This document shows positions 44,283 to 57,569 of a stretch of 64,000 bases of DNA, in pieces. The stretch lies in the NCBI GenBank assembly GCA_032718475.1, contig JAUCBJ010000187.1, forward strand, positions 62,001 to 126,000. Reading direction: 5' to 3'. Source of the stretch: Nemertoderma westbladi. Taxonomy: Eukaryota > Animalia > Xenacoelomorpha. A program made the position numbers and the translations under genes. Position 1 is the stretch's first letter. Each line of letters starts with the position of its first letter. The notes under the pieces were generated by a model. The model was not told the origin of the DNA. It did no database searches and saw only the letters and a list, made by a program, of their open reading frames with translations.

Positions 44283-45537
44283 TGTTCGCGCTTTTGAAGA
44301 CCTTTAGCAGTTTAACCTGCCAAAATTTATATGTCTTTTAGTTAATTAAAACAACTTTAGCATACGACAATATTTTATGCTAATACACAAAACATTACCC
44401 GAAGTCAGCCCATGCGCGATCATTCACCCGATGGATCTACACCCGGGAGACTGAATTCGGCTGCTTAAATTTTATTATTGCAGTGTAAGGTTGTAGTGTA
44501 TACCTACTGTATTATTCGATAGATCGTTAATATATAATCTCTGACAGATATTATTGGCTTTCGGGAAATATTAACAGTTCCTTTAGGACGTGGCGCTTTA
44601 TCTATTTAAACAGAACTAAGACTTATACTAAAACGCAACGATACTGCTTATGATTGAAGTATAAAGCGTATTCTTTAGGAAATACTTTGTTACCAATCAC
44701 AATCATACACACTATTCTGCCGACAGTCAGTATATTTGATCACACATAAAGAGAGCAGCAATTGACTCACGTAGGGTCTGCTAAATAACATTGGATTCAA
44801 TACACACCACATTAATATAAATCGCAATTGTTATGTATAGCCGGTCTCTCTAACCTGTAGTGTATCAAGAAAATTGGGAATTTGGGTGATTTATCCGTAT
44901 TATCCAAAGAGCAATATTTCCATCAACAAATAGGTACAATTAATAACTGACGGTAAAATAACAGTACAGACAATATGATTAATGCAATTAAATTAAGTGA
45001 GTATGTTAATCAGTGAGTTATTGAGTGATTTAAGTCAGATTCGATTCGGTAACAGTTTATACTTTCGATAATTTAAGCAGTTTTACTAGAGTTCTTAGAG
45101 CCGGTGTTTCTGGCTTAGACAGCAATAACAACAAAGTATCAAGTAAAAGCAGTAAGACTGAACACTCTCCTTATGATCGGCTGAAAAGCTACACGTCGAC
45201 AGGAAAAATCGCTCTGATTGGCTCAAGCCAAACAAAGAACTATGCGTCCAATGGATGTTTCCATGTCAGCAACCAGCTGTTAGATGTCGTAATATGAATC
45301 ATCACGGCTAAGCTGTGAAAGGTAGTTGGTGCATTACAGGTTTTTTGCCTTACCATGTCCGCTAAAACACGTATATAGCAGAATGACTTTTATGTCCGTT
45401 AAAACACCTGTAACGGTACCTTGCGGGCGAGGGGAATATATATACAGTTAGAGAACCTTTTTAGAGTATTCCAGCGCCTGGGGGGAAACTGGATTGCGAA
45501 GCAAAGGGGCCAGTTATATCCCACAGAAGCTTTTACA
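44283..45537 (-). mobile_element. Solo LTR of a related subfamily inserted in C, TSD GTTGG
   Basis: TG...CA ends; GTTGG at 44278-44282 and 45538-45542; empty site visible in B near 21200-21212. Confidence 0.92.
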
Positions 45538-46531
45538 GTTGGAGATTCTCGCACTCTAATACACTCAATAGGATGAATCTCCGCTCCCGTGATCTATTAA
45601 TTAATGGAATTTTGGGAATGTTATAAATTGTACAAAATGACAATTTATGAAATTCATTTAAAAATATGAATTTAAATTTATTCCCGTGAATTTTATTATT
45701 TGATGTTAAAATTGACACAATTTGATTCCAGAGCAGGTCTGGGGGCCTAGGATCCTTAATTCTATGACAATTGTCCTTTAAGAGTATCGGTAAGTGCTGC
45801 GATATCTTAATTGACTAGAAATTTAAAGGATCTGAATTTTACAGATTTTTACTAAATATTAAATTAATATTTAAGATGGGCACCGATTTATTCCAGAACT
45901 TGTCTGGGGACTTTAACCACTGATTCTAGAATTTGTCTTTCAAGTATATCGGTGGGTGCCGCGATATCTTAATCGACTAGAATTACAGATGGTCAAAAAG
46001 TTTAACAGATTTATTTGCGTTTTACGCTACTGTTAGAGGGACATCACGCTACTATATGTATTATTTAATATAAGGTAGAAGAGCAATATCGCACGAAGCA
46101 ATGTCAGTGTGAAGAGGCAAGTCGTTTCCAAGGTCTACCCAGAGCTTGGTTTAGCCGAGACACGAGGATCTGAACTTTGCATTCCTAATACTCTGCCTAC
46201 CAATAATACTTAAGTATAGTAGGAGCTTTATTGTACTTTAATAAGTACGGACATTTCATCTTACTGTAGTCACGTATTTATAATATGATACGGACAGTAA
46301 GGAAAGAGAAAAATAATTATTTCTCGCCGTCACACTAAATATATTATAAGTAATTACGTACGTAATAAACACTAATATATTGCACTAATCTACTAAATAA
46401 TCACTAAAATAACATTCTACTAAATAAAATTAAAGGAAACGATTATAATAAAATTACATAATAATACATACATAAATATAAAATAAAAACAAATATAAAA
46501 TGATATAGTCACACGCCCACTCCACATGCTA

Positions 46532-47239
46532 TCACGTTATGGAGTCCCTAGATATTTGTCGGATTAGGGAAGTAGTCGTAGGAAGAGTATCTTGCCTTCC
46601 ATAGTTTCCGGACAGTTTTCGGTCTCTTTCCAGTAAATATAAACGACTAGCTGGGCGATTGAGTTGTTGTGTTACTTTCTCCGCTCCCTTGGCCTGTCTA
46701 ACCTCCGCCGTGGTAAGATGAGGAGGCCATTCTTCTTCTTCTTTACTTAAGAAGTCGGATCCACCTAACCAGCATGGAGTATCTATCAGTTCTTGAGGAG
46801 TTGCTCCTCTGGAAGCGATGTCGGCTGGATTAATCGTCCCAAGGCAATGTCTCCATTGATCTACATTGGAGTTAATATCGTCATTATCTGAGGAGTATGG
46901 TGTTCCCTCAGTTGGATCGTCCACATCACTGCTCTCCACTTCCCATTCCTTTACTTGGTATACCTGTTGTTGAGGTAATCTCTCTTTGAGAGTTCTGTGG
47001 GAAGGGCCAGTGAAGTACCAACCTACTCTAGTTCTTACCGCATAGGTTTGCAGTGGCTGCGGTTGAGCAGGCCGTTTCTCCAATGTCTCTAGCGCCTCAT
47101 GCGCGTTTTGGCCGATGAGTATTTGCACTCCAGGATAATCTGTGTGGAATCGAGGTATCTTAAGCTGCTGGATGCTCTCGTCCTCGTCCCAGTTATAAGG
47201 TTCTACCTGGGTAGTGGCGAAGTTCTTTATAGCCACCAT
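46532..47239 (-). pseudogene. pol: Collapsed pol of C: protease end, RNase H end and integrase C-terminus joined in frame
   Basis: ILIGQN..AVRTRVGW, then WRHCLGTINPADIASRG, then NRPASRLYLLE; RT, most of RH and the IN core are missing. Confidence 0.85.
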
Positions 47240-47241
47240 TT

Positions 47242-50200
47242 TTACTGACCTTTTATACCTTGTGCTCCTAATTTATCCTGGGGGGTGGACAATGCACCTA
47301 CATAGTAATCTGCCGTTATGGTAGATTTCCAAACCTGCATAATTCCTGACATATCCAACTTAGTTCGGAATTTGGGTTGTCCAGCAAAGATATCTTCGGC
47401 TAGTTCTTGATCGATGAATGTTCCTGTGCTGCCGGAGTCAAGGAGGGCGTTCACTATGTAACTTTTGTTAGGACCGTGAACTCTTACCTGCACTACAGGA
47501 AATTCTCTGATTCCTACGTTGGAAGTTGGAGCTTTCCAAGATGGTTGTCTGTCAAAGGTAGTTGGGGGGAACTCATTGTCGGTGTCCTTTTCGTAAGTAA
47601 GTGCTCGATACACCGCGGTATTAATTAGGTAACAGGATTCGTTGGCGTCGGAGAATTCGTCAGTATAGAATCCTTCCATCTCAGACTCTTGATCAGTGTC
47701 ATTTACATCACTGAATTGGACATGTAGTTTGGGCTCACTTACCTGACTCGGGTTGTCTCGTTCGAACTCACTGTGTAACAAGATGTGATGTTTCGCGCCA
47801 CACTTTGCACACTTTACGTCGGAGTAACAGGTTCGCCGTTGGTGTCCTGATCTGAGGCAATTATAGCATAACCGCTTATTCCACAGGACTGTACGTCTGT
47901 CTACAAGGGATTTCTTTAGAAATTCAGCACACGCACTCAAACGGTGGGGCCCGTCGCACAGTGTACATTTTGGTTTGATGTTACTCACTTTACCTTGGGT
48001 AACTTGATGCACTCTCGTTCTTTCTTCGGGCTTTCTTCCGTGAATTCTCTTAGGAGACGTAGGAGGAGTTGTTGTTACCTGTTCTCTCCTGTCACTGGTT
48101 CGAGACTTGTATTTACTTACGTCTTTATAGGTCTTGTTGTCGTAGTAAGATTTTGCTGTGTCTTTCCCGCTGTCCTCTTCTTGAAAAGCTTGGCTTTCGC
48201 CGTCGTCAGTATAACACACCGGTATTATCCTTCTCCTAGAAACGGGTTTCTCACTTACCTTATTTTCCGATGTTTTCTCTCTGGACTGCTTTATGAGTTG
48301 TAATTTTACTTCACTATCTAAGAAGGACATGAGATCAGCCATGGTAGGGCTTCGTCGTTGCTGTTCATTCATATACAACACTTTCTTGTCCCAGCGTGTA
48401 CATACTCCACCCTTTGGTAAAGTAGAGACTACGGCTCCAATAACCATGGAACTCTGATATTCATGAGACTTACCTAACCAGTCCAATTGTCTACAGATTT
48501 CCTGAATCTCATCGGAAAACTCTATAATACCGCTACTAAGGAAGTTTCGGGGGGCTACTAATTTTGCATACAAATACTTAGCTATGTTATCCTTGTTACC
48601 ATACCTGATGTTTAATGTATCCCAAACTTGTCTTAATCCTTCTGGATGTCCAATAAACTTTAACGCCATTAACTTGGGAGGTCCTTCCAAGCACTTGATG
48701 AGGAACCTAAGTTTCTCTCCGTTAGATAGCACAGAGTTCTGTATGCTGTCTTTGTAATATTCGTTGAAAGGTAACCATTTCATCTCATCTCCATTGAATT
48801 TGACGATCTCTCCCACTTTAACCGCTTGGCGGGCTTCTGTTCTAGCCATCTGACGCGTAAAGCTTTCTTGGGCCATCGTGTTATTTAATATCGAATTATC
48901 GGTATATAAATTTCTCGGATCATTGATAGGTCTATAGGGAATATCATTAACAACAGGTCTATAATCACCCTTAATAGGGTTTGCTATAGGAGTTTCTACT
49001 TCACTAGCAGTATAGATGCGTGTACGCTCCACACCTTGCGCATGTAATACTTCAGACCTAACAGGTTGACACAATGTTACAGGGGGTATTGGTATACTCT
49101 TTTGTATATTGACTAAGTTGTCGCGTTCTAGCGCGATACTTTGCTGCACTTCTTGCAATTCTACCCTACTTTCCCTTAATGTTCCCTTGAGTTGGTGGAC
49201 AGTCTCCTGCATCTGCCCGAGCAGGAGATTCATCCCCCGCCGTCCCTCCTCTACCCACTCGACCGCCGAAGCGGGAGTCACCAACATTGTAGCGGGCAGA
49301 CGCGGGACGACGGGAGACAAATCTTTGATTTCTCTCTCGGCGTCCAGGACAGGGAGGTTCTCATGGACTGTTCTACCGGGTACAGGCAGTGTAGTACTGT
49401 GTAGAGGGAATTTAGAGTTAAGCTCTGGAAGTACAGGGGTCTATAGCACAGGAGTGGCTTTTGGAACGACAGGCCTAATTATTTCAGGCTCATCAACTAT
49501 TGTAGGGAGTCTTGTGACCTGAATAATTTGTTCTGTGGGTTCTGTACTACCTAAGTCTGTGCTAGCTAGTTGTCTTCTGACAGCTGGGGGCAAATCAGGC
49601 AGTTTATGACGGTGAGATGTTTTTCTACGCCTGCTTAGACGAGATCTATTTCCTCCGCCTTCAGGATCGGTGGTCTCGCCTTCCTCCGATGATGTGTATC
49701 CTTGGCGCTTGGGAGTAGATCGACTCATCATCTGCATTTGATTAGCAGTTAACTGTTTATTTATGTTGTCTTGCGTCTCTTGCAGATTTTCCAACTCCAG
49801 TTGGGTAATCTCCTCAGACGCTCTCCGTTCTGCTTCTGCCACTGCCTTTGCTGCTTTTCTTTCTGCTTCTGCTTCTGCCGCCGCTGCCTTTCTTTCTGCT
49901 TCTGCTGCTTTTCTTTCTACTTCTGCTTCTGCTGCCGCTGCCTTTCTTTCCACTTCTGCTTCTGCCATTGCCGCTGCTACTGCTGCTGCCTTTCGGTCCT
50001 CTATCAGTTTTTTCTTTACTTGTTCTTCTTGGACTCTAGCGAGGCGGAGATTTTCATCAAATTTAGCTTGGTTTGCAGCTAACATTTCCGCATCGATTGC
50101 GTCCAACACAAGCTTGGTTCCTTCACTATTAGGGCGAAGTCCAGACAGTCGTCTCCTCAACTCTTCGTCTCCTAGGAATCGCTGATAGTCTGACAGATAG

Positions 50201-50694
50201 ATGTCAATGGCGTCTCTAGTTCGCGGCTTCTATGCTGCTGTTAATTCGCTTTCCACTTCGCTTTCCACTTCGCTTTCCACTTGAGAAGAAGTGGCGTCGG
50301 TTTATTCTTCATAGTTTGGCCGCTCATCATAAACCGTATCCGCCATCTTCGCTCCGCGTTCAGGCGTCCGCTCAACAGTATCCGAACTACTGGAGCTATT
50401 GGGCCGCTGAGAACTAGGTTCTTGGCTAGGAGGTTGCTGCTGTTTTATAGCTGCTTCTTGATCCCGCTTGACTTGGGCCCGAGTGCCTATGGCAGACCAA
50501 CGGCGCTTCACTAACTTCGCAAATTGCGAAATCGCTTCTACCAACCTAGGTTCTGACACAACCACTGCAGGAGTTGCCCTTCTTACAGTATGAGGGGTTT
50601 CAGACCTCGGTCTGGGATTCTCTATACTGTGATCTGAGAAACAGGCTGTTGTTTCTAGGAGACTATCTGACAGAGTTTGCCTTGTGTCAGCCAT
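47242..50694 (-). pseudogene. gag: gag-protease of C, one frame with three premature stops
   Basis: ORFs 50302-50694, 49441-50160 and 47242-49320 share a frame; KFNGDEMKWLPF, three Cys-His knuckles, ALLDSGS. Confidence 0.88.
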
Positions 50695-51944
50695 GTTTGA
50701 TTGTACAGTTGAATGCCTACTGCTATATTACAGTTAAAGAAAGTCTAGTAATTCAGTATCACTGTTAGCCTCACAATTAATTACCGATACTGCTACTCAG
50801 TGTAGCGTGATATATATAATATATTAGAATACCGGTATGCAGCTTACACTTATAGTATATAAGTATAATTCTGGACTAGAATTAATTACAGAGTACCGGT
50901 ATGATTTCAGCCTAAATTTATAGAATAAATATAATAAGCCTATTGTAAATACCGGTATGTCAATTATTTTAAAATAATTGAATTTCTGAATGTTAGGGGT
51001 TACTTGGTTACTTTACTTACTTTATTACCGTTATTTGAGCAGCAGTCCAACTGATATTAAGACCTAAGTGTTGTATAACAGGCCTACTATTTTATTAATA
51101 GATTTAGTGGATTTATATGTACCCTTATGAGGGGTTTTGTTACAATATTGAAATAGATGTTACTATTTCTGGGGGGAGTCACTACACAGAAGCTGTGCGC
51201 TCTTAGTGGAGTGCTACTTATTGGACACTAAAAACAGATAATTCTAATTTACCTAAGTTACTTAATACTACAAATTACTTACGATACGGGTGAGATTAAT
51301 TCTCTAATTAAACACAACAAAAATATTACGTACGAAATTTTTAGGGTAATTTTACAGGAAGTCTACAAACCAGCCTAACAAAGGGTTAGATTTCTGGTTA
51401 TTACAACGGACAGGGTACTACGGTATTTGAAATAATAAGTAGTAGTAAATATATTGCACTGTCCAGATAGGAAAATACCACCGCCTGACGACCTATAGCC
51501 GTATCGCTATAGGTACTACGTTATGTATCACGGAGTGTTCCTACCTAGAAGTTAATTACCGCGGACTACCAGATCCAACGTGCCTATTAACCACTTTACA
51601 ACACAAATATACTGCCTACACACTAATTACCTCGGAAAGCACTGTACACTAAACCCTAAATTAGGTACAAGTACTGGTACAACAAATAATCAGTAGTTAA
51701 ATATACTTGAACAGTTAAAAGAACCACGGCATCTGCTGGAGTGACCGAAGCACAAAGTCACCAGTCTTTTCCTACGCCAAGCAGCCCGTGTAGTACCGGG
51801 GTTAATTTAACTATAACGGTATGTGTAACAAACACAATTACTGTAGGAATAAACTTGGGGACATGAATGGTGCGAATAATCGCATAAACTCTGAATAATA
51901 AATATTACGCTACCCGTACAGAATACTCAAACAAAATACAAACC

Positions 51945-52470
51945 AAACGCTGGCAGACTACCACCAAGCCTAAATAAACTACTGTATGTGCAGATTCCAA
52001 AACGGTTAGTTAGTATGCGTTCTAACACGGTAGTACGACTTATTCTTTAAGAGGGGATTGACCTTACAGCTATGGCTGCCCCAACTTACTAACTAGCACT
52101 TTATCAGACAAACTCTACACACGCAGCAATCTCTTCAGACCTAATAATAGCTAGACAACAATCCAGCCTACAAAATATCTGAGTAATAACTATTACGGTA
52201 CCTGAACAGACCACACAAACAAACACAGGCCAAAACGCTGGCAGAATACCGTCAAGCCTAAATAAACTACAGTATGTGCAGATTCCAAAATGGTTAGTTA
52301 GTATGCATTCTAACACGGTAGTACGACTTATTCTTTAAGAGGGGATTGACCTTACAGCTATGGCTGCCCCAACTTACTAACTGGCACTCTATCGGACAAA
52401 CTCTACACACGCAGTAATCTCTCCAAACCCAACAACAATCCGACAACAGTCCGGCCTACAATTATCTGAA
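51945..52470. repeat. ~288-bp-period tandem duplication in the C 5' leader
   Basis: AAACGCTGGCAG at 51945 and 52233, with long near-identity downstream. Confidence 0.85.
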
Positions 52471-52639
52471 CAATCTGAGCAGACTTACACGTCTTCAGCT
52501 CAATATTAACTTACATGTAAATAAAACTGACAGAAATAAGTAAGCTCCAAAAGAAACAAGGGGTGTACAGTCCCTAATCTCTTAAACAGCCTACCGGTAT
52601 GCAATAATCAAATCGAATAATACTAATGTACTTATACTG

Positions 52640-52766
52640 GAAGTACCGGTTAGGACAGTTGGGCCTACGGACCTACAGAAGTACCGGTTCTGGCAGTTGA
52701 ACCTACGGACCTACAGTAGTACCGGTTCTGGCAGTTGGGCCTACTGACCTACAGAAGTACCGGTTC
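52640..52766. repeat. 38-bp tandem repeats containing TACCGGT in the C leader
   Basis: TACCGGT at 52644, 52682, 52720 and 52758. Confidence 0.85.
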
Positions 52767-52832
52767 AGGTTTTACCGGTCGACCGGTACTTTCAACTTTA
52801 TTGCTTACTGCAATAAAGTCAATGACTGTTAT

Positions 52833-54077
52833 TGTACGCGCTTTTGAAGACCTTTAGCAGTTTAACCTGCCAAAATTTATATGTCTTTTGGTTTATAAAT
52901 ATACTTTAGAAGATGACAAATATTTAATACCAATAAACACAACATTAGCAGAAGCCAGCCTAGTGCGCGTCCATTCACCCGCTGGATATTCCCGGGAGAC
53001 TGGATTCTGAGGGCTTAGATTATTATTGCAGTGTAAGCTTACTGTACTGTATTATTCGATTGATCGTTAATAATTAATTTCTGACTAATATTATTCACTT
53101 TCGGGAAATATTAACAGTTCCTTTAGGACGTGGCGCTCTATCTAGGTAAACAGAGATATGACTTATACTAATCACAACGGTAAGTCGGTAAGGCTTATGA
53201 TTCACGTATGAGGCGCATTCTTTAGGAAATGCTTAGTTATCAATCACAATCATGCACACTACCGGTAACACACAATACTGCCCACTAATTTGCCGACCGT
53301 CAATGATTTTTATCATATATAAAGCGAACAGCAATTGACTCATGTAGGGCTTACCAAATAGCATTAAATTCACTACAAACCACAACAATATAAGTCGCAA
53401 TCGCTATATATAACCCGTCTCTCTAACCTGTAGTGTATCAAGAAAATTGGGAAATTTGGGTTCCTTATATATGTTCTCCAAATAATATTCAACCAAAACA
53501 CAACAGTAAACAGCATTAAGACGGTAGGTTAAGATATGATATGACAATGTATGTGCCGATTGAGTCGATAACAGTTATACGCTCTATAATCTTAAGCCTA
53601 CTAATGTTTCTTCTAAAGTATGAAAACGAATTGACTCTAGAGCCGTTGTTCCTGGCCTAGATAGCAATGACACAACAGTATCACAAAAAACAGTAAGACT
53701 GAACACTCTCCTTATGATCGGCCGAAAAGCTACACGTCGACAGGAAAAATCGCTCTGATTGGCTCAAGCCAAACAAAGAACCATGCGTCCAATGGCTGTT
53801 TCCATGTCAGCAACCAGCTGTTAGATGTCGTAATATGAATCATCACGGATAAGCTGTGAAAGGTATTTGGTGCATTGCAGGTTTTTTGCCTTACCATGTC
53901 CGCTAAAACACGTATATAGCAGAATGACTTTTATGTCCGTTAAAACACCTGTAACGGTACCTTGCGGGCGAAGGGAATATATGTACAGTTAGAGAACCTT
54001 TTAGAGTATTCCAGCGCCTGGGGGGAAACTGGATTGCGAAGCAAAGGGGCCAGTTATATCCCACAGAAGCTTTTACA
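52833..54077 (-). repeat. 5' LTR of C
   Basis: Direct repeat of 40871-42115. Confidence 0.95.
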
Positions 54078-54510
54078 AAAATATTCTCACATTCGACATA
54101 TTCCGCCCAGTAAATTCCGTCCAGTGTTTCTGTGATAAGTGAACGCCGAGTGCTAGACCACCCGCACTCATTTTGAGTAGCTTAGGGAGCCGATTCGGGT
54201 TTATTGTTTTGGTTATTCCTGCGTGGCTCATAGATTCGAACAGTTAGCTCTCTGTTGAGCAATCAACAGAGAAAGGAGCGAGTGATTGTCAGAGCCGCAT
54301 AGTCAATAATAGTAAAATATTTTAGCAGACGGCTCTGCTTGCGCTGTACAGTAAGAAACAGTTGGTGTTTGCTGTATCGCTTAACAGTAGGGCTTAGATA
54401 TGTTATGTATGTACAGTATTTGTAAAAATAAATTAAAGCGAAATATTCTCGTTGGGCAGATAATAATGGGACCTTAGCTTTTTGTCGAAGTTCTGTACCT
54501 GTCGTATCCC

Positions 54511-57500
54511 TTATTTTTTCCCAAATATTAAGCGAAGTGCATAATTTTGTACCTTTTCAAATTTATACAGTATGTCCTTGTAACCATGTTTGCCATGCAA
54601 TGATACCAGTAATTGACTACAGTAGTTATGATATGGTAATGTTAGAGCTATGTATATTTTTAATTTTGTTCTATTAGTTAATTGCCCCTTAATACTGCGT
54701 AAACTAGAAATGCTCAAGGTCATCTTTTGTAATATATTATCTATATAATTCTCCCATTGCAATTTGTTATCTATTTCTACTCCTAAGTACTACTACTACT
54801 ACTACTACTAGGTCGAGCGAACTCGGACAGTGGAAATGAGATCCTTCCAGGCTTCCCGATTCTCCATAGTTGTCGCAATTTCGTTTCTCCCAAGTTCAGT
54901 ATCCCTTTCAAGTTGATCTATATATGTTATGGCAGGTCGTCCACGACTACGCTTTCCATGAGTTGGTTGCCAGAGAAGTAGATCTGGTATGACCTCGTCT
55001 TTACTTCGCCAGCAGTGCCCACTGAATCTTAATCTGCGTTCACGGAGGGTGGTTGATACAGGTGGTATTGTACCATAAAGCTCGGCGTTTGTCATGTGTT
55101 GTCTCCAGCTGATATTTAGGGCTGCCCTTAGTAGTCTTGTGTAGCAACCATCAATTCGTTGTTCAAGTGATTTAGTCAGTGTCCACTGTCCAGGTCTCAC
55201 CCCGTATAAAAATACACTTTCCACTGTGGCTCGAAAGAACTTAGTCTTCAGGTGCCTGGAGAGATCTGATTTCCAGATGGTATCCATTTTTGATAGAGCT
55301 ACCCAAGGCTTTGCTTTCCTAACTTCTATGTCCTTTTTGCTACTCTCTATCCATGATCCAAGGTACTGGAAGTCATCGACCTTCCTTAGTTGATTATTAT
55401 CAATCTTGGTAGCATTTATATGCAATCCAACCTCCTTAGCAGCCCTCTCCACTTTATTTAGTAGAAGCTGTGCATCTGCTAGCGTATTAGAGAGCAGGGC
55501 GATGTCATCCGCAAAGTTGGTGTCTGTGACTGTAGTTGCCGGATATCTACTACTTCTGCGTTCTTGAAGTGTGAATCCCAGATCTTCACCCTTTGTGGCC
55601 GTCCTCATTGCGTAATCCAGCACAATTACAAATAGTAATGGTGCTAATGTGTCACCTTGCAGTACGCCAGCCAGCCAGGATTGAGAAAAACTCAGTTTCA
55701 CCATCTGGTGAGAGTACCTGCGCTTCTGTGTCACAATATAACAATCCAATGCCAGCAACAATTACTTCTGGTATTCCATAAGCTCTTAGGATTTCGAGCA
55801 TTTTACCTCTATGGATGGAGTCGAATGCCTTCTTGAAGTCCACAAAAGTCATGACTGCGGGGAGATTCTTTGACTTAATTCCTTCAATCAGTCTCCGTAG
55901 TGCAAGTATCTGAGCTATTGTTGATCTACTTGGTCGAAATCCGTTTTGGCTCTTACGCAGTAGTTTCTCTATGTGAGGCCTAATCCTATATAGAATCATT
56001 TTATTGTATATTTTGGCAGCTACCACAAGCAGACAGATCCCACGATAGATTGTTGGTATGCCGAGGTCTCCTTTCTTGGGGAGAGGCTTTAGTTGACCTT
56101 TAGTCCAAATTGGTGGTGGCTTTTCCCCTTTTAACATCCGGTTGCAAACATTCAATAATGGTCTATTTAGCACTCCGGTTTTCCATACCTCCGCTGGGAT
56201 TTCATCTAATCCACTCGCTTTATTATTGGACATGCTTTTAATGCTTCTTTGGAGTTCGGCAGGTGTGAAGTCCCCTGTTTCTATAGGTAGTGTCTTGTCA
56301 TATATTTTCCTTGTAGGGCTTACCTCGATGTTTGGTGGCTGCCCAAGCAAGTTGCTGAAGTGATTTTTCCACTTCCCAACACGTTCTTCAGGACTATCGG
56401 CTTTGAGGCGCCCCTTTGCACAACTTTTCCGACCAGATACCTCATTTACAGTTTGCCAGGTAAGTCTTGATTGTTGCTGTATGTGAGCAGTTGTAATTAA
56501 TTGCTTCAGTTTTATCCTGTTTGTACTTTTCCTGGCTGATGTTGTAGGCCAATTTAAGATCGTCCTTAGCTTTCTCAACCTTGTTAATGTTTTCGGTTGT
56601 TGGTTGTTCGGTTTTAACTTTGTAGGCTATCTTACAGTAAGATCTTCTCTCTTACAAGTAACCTCAGAGTTTTGCCATTGCACAATACTGTTTTCGTTTA
56701 GGTTTCTGGGGGATATGCCTCTTAGCTGATTCCTTGTGGGTTGTTATTATATTCTGGTATATTGAATCGGTGGATTGGTCTTCATCCATTGACTGAAGTG
56801 CTTCAAAGCGGTTTTGAACTTCTACTGTATAAGCATCCTTTACAGCATTGTCAGTTCTGAGTTTCTGAGTTCTGAGACTCCTAAGTACTTTACTGAATTT
56901 GATTGGCTTATCGGTATTGCAGTTCCAACATTTAGTTCTATTTGATCAGATGTGTTTCGTTCTTTAGGGGATAAAAGTAAGAATTCTGTTTTTGATGGAT
57001 TAAGTTTAAGGTGGTGAAGTCTGAATGTATCATTTAGTTTTATAACTTCCTGTTCCAATTTTTGTGATTCTCTTTTTGGATTTTTGTCTGTTGTAAATAT
57101 AACTGTATCGTCCGCATATTGTATCAAATCTGTGGTGCTGCTTATTTTTTTGGAATGTCGTTTGTATAGAGAGTAAATAATAAAGGACCTAAAATTGTAC
57201 TCTGTGGAACCCGTCTTAGTTCTGTTTTCCAGTTGGACTTTGTGTTTTGTAATTTTACCCTTTGTTGTCGTTGATTGAGATAGCTTCTGATTAATGATAT
57301 TGCCGTTTTGTGGAATCCCATGTCGGTCAGTCTGTGTAATATTATTTCCCTGTTTATGGAATTGAAGGCCTTGCTGAGATCCGAGAATCCAACAGCTACG
57401 TATTCCCCCTTATTTAACTTTTCTCTCCAGTATTCAGTCAAGTAAGTTATGGCATCTACTGTAGAGTACCCCTTCCGAAAGCCAAACTGTTTACAGTAAA

Positions 57501-57560
57501 GCATATTGTTTGGTCTATGTACCTAACTATTTGATTAAATATTGCCCGTTCAAATACTTT
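54511..57560 (-). pseudogene. CR1/L2-group LINE RT remnant interrupted by an RTE insertion
   Basis: QFGFRKGYST, DLSKAF, LGPLLF, QYADD, KYLGV, continuing as EIDNKLQW on the far side of the RTE. Confidence 0.85.
54792..56876 (-). mobile_element. 5'-truncated RTE-clade LINE with (TAG)n tail and 13-bp TSD
   Basis: QNGFRPSRST, VDFKKAFD, GVLQGDTL, FADD; ACTCCTAAGTACT at 54779-54791 and 56877-56889; frameshift from a CCAG duplication near 55670. Confidence 0.9.
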
Positions 57561-57569
57561 AGTTAATGT

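Larger units (their letters stand above)
40871..54077 (-). mobile_element. Non-autonomous BEL/Pao element C (family B), 13.2 kb, 5-bp TSD AAAAT
   Basis: 1245-bp LTRs with two differences seen; AAAAT at 40866-40870 and 54078-54082; PPT at 42116; broken gag, deleted pol and ORF3. Confidence 0.95.

Noticed and set aside
49763-50185. Antisense Ala/Cys/Leu-rich ORFs (also 12444-12728, 32053-32598 and other short overlapping ORFs)
   Set aside because: Shadow frames of repetitive gag/pol sequence with no independent motifs
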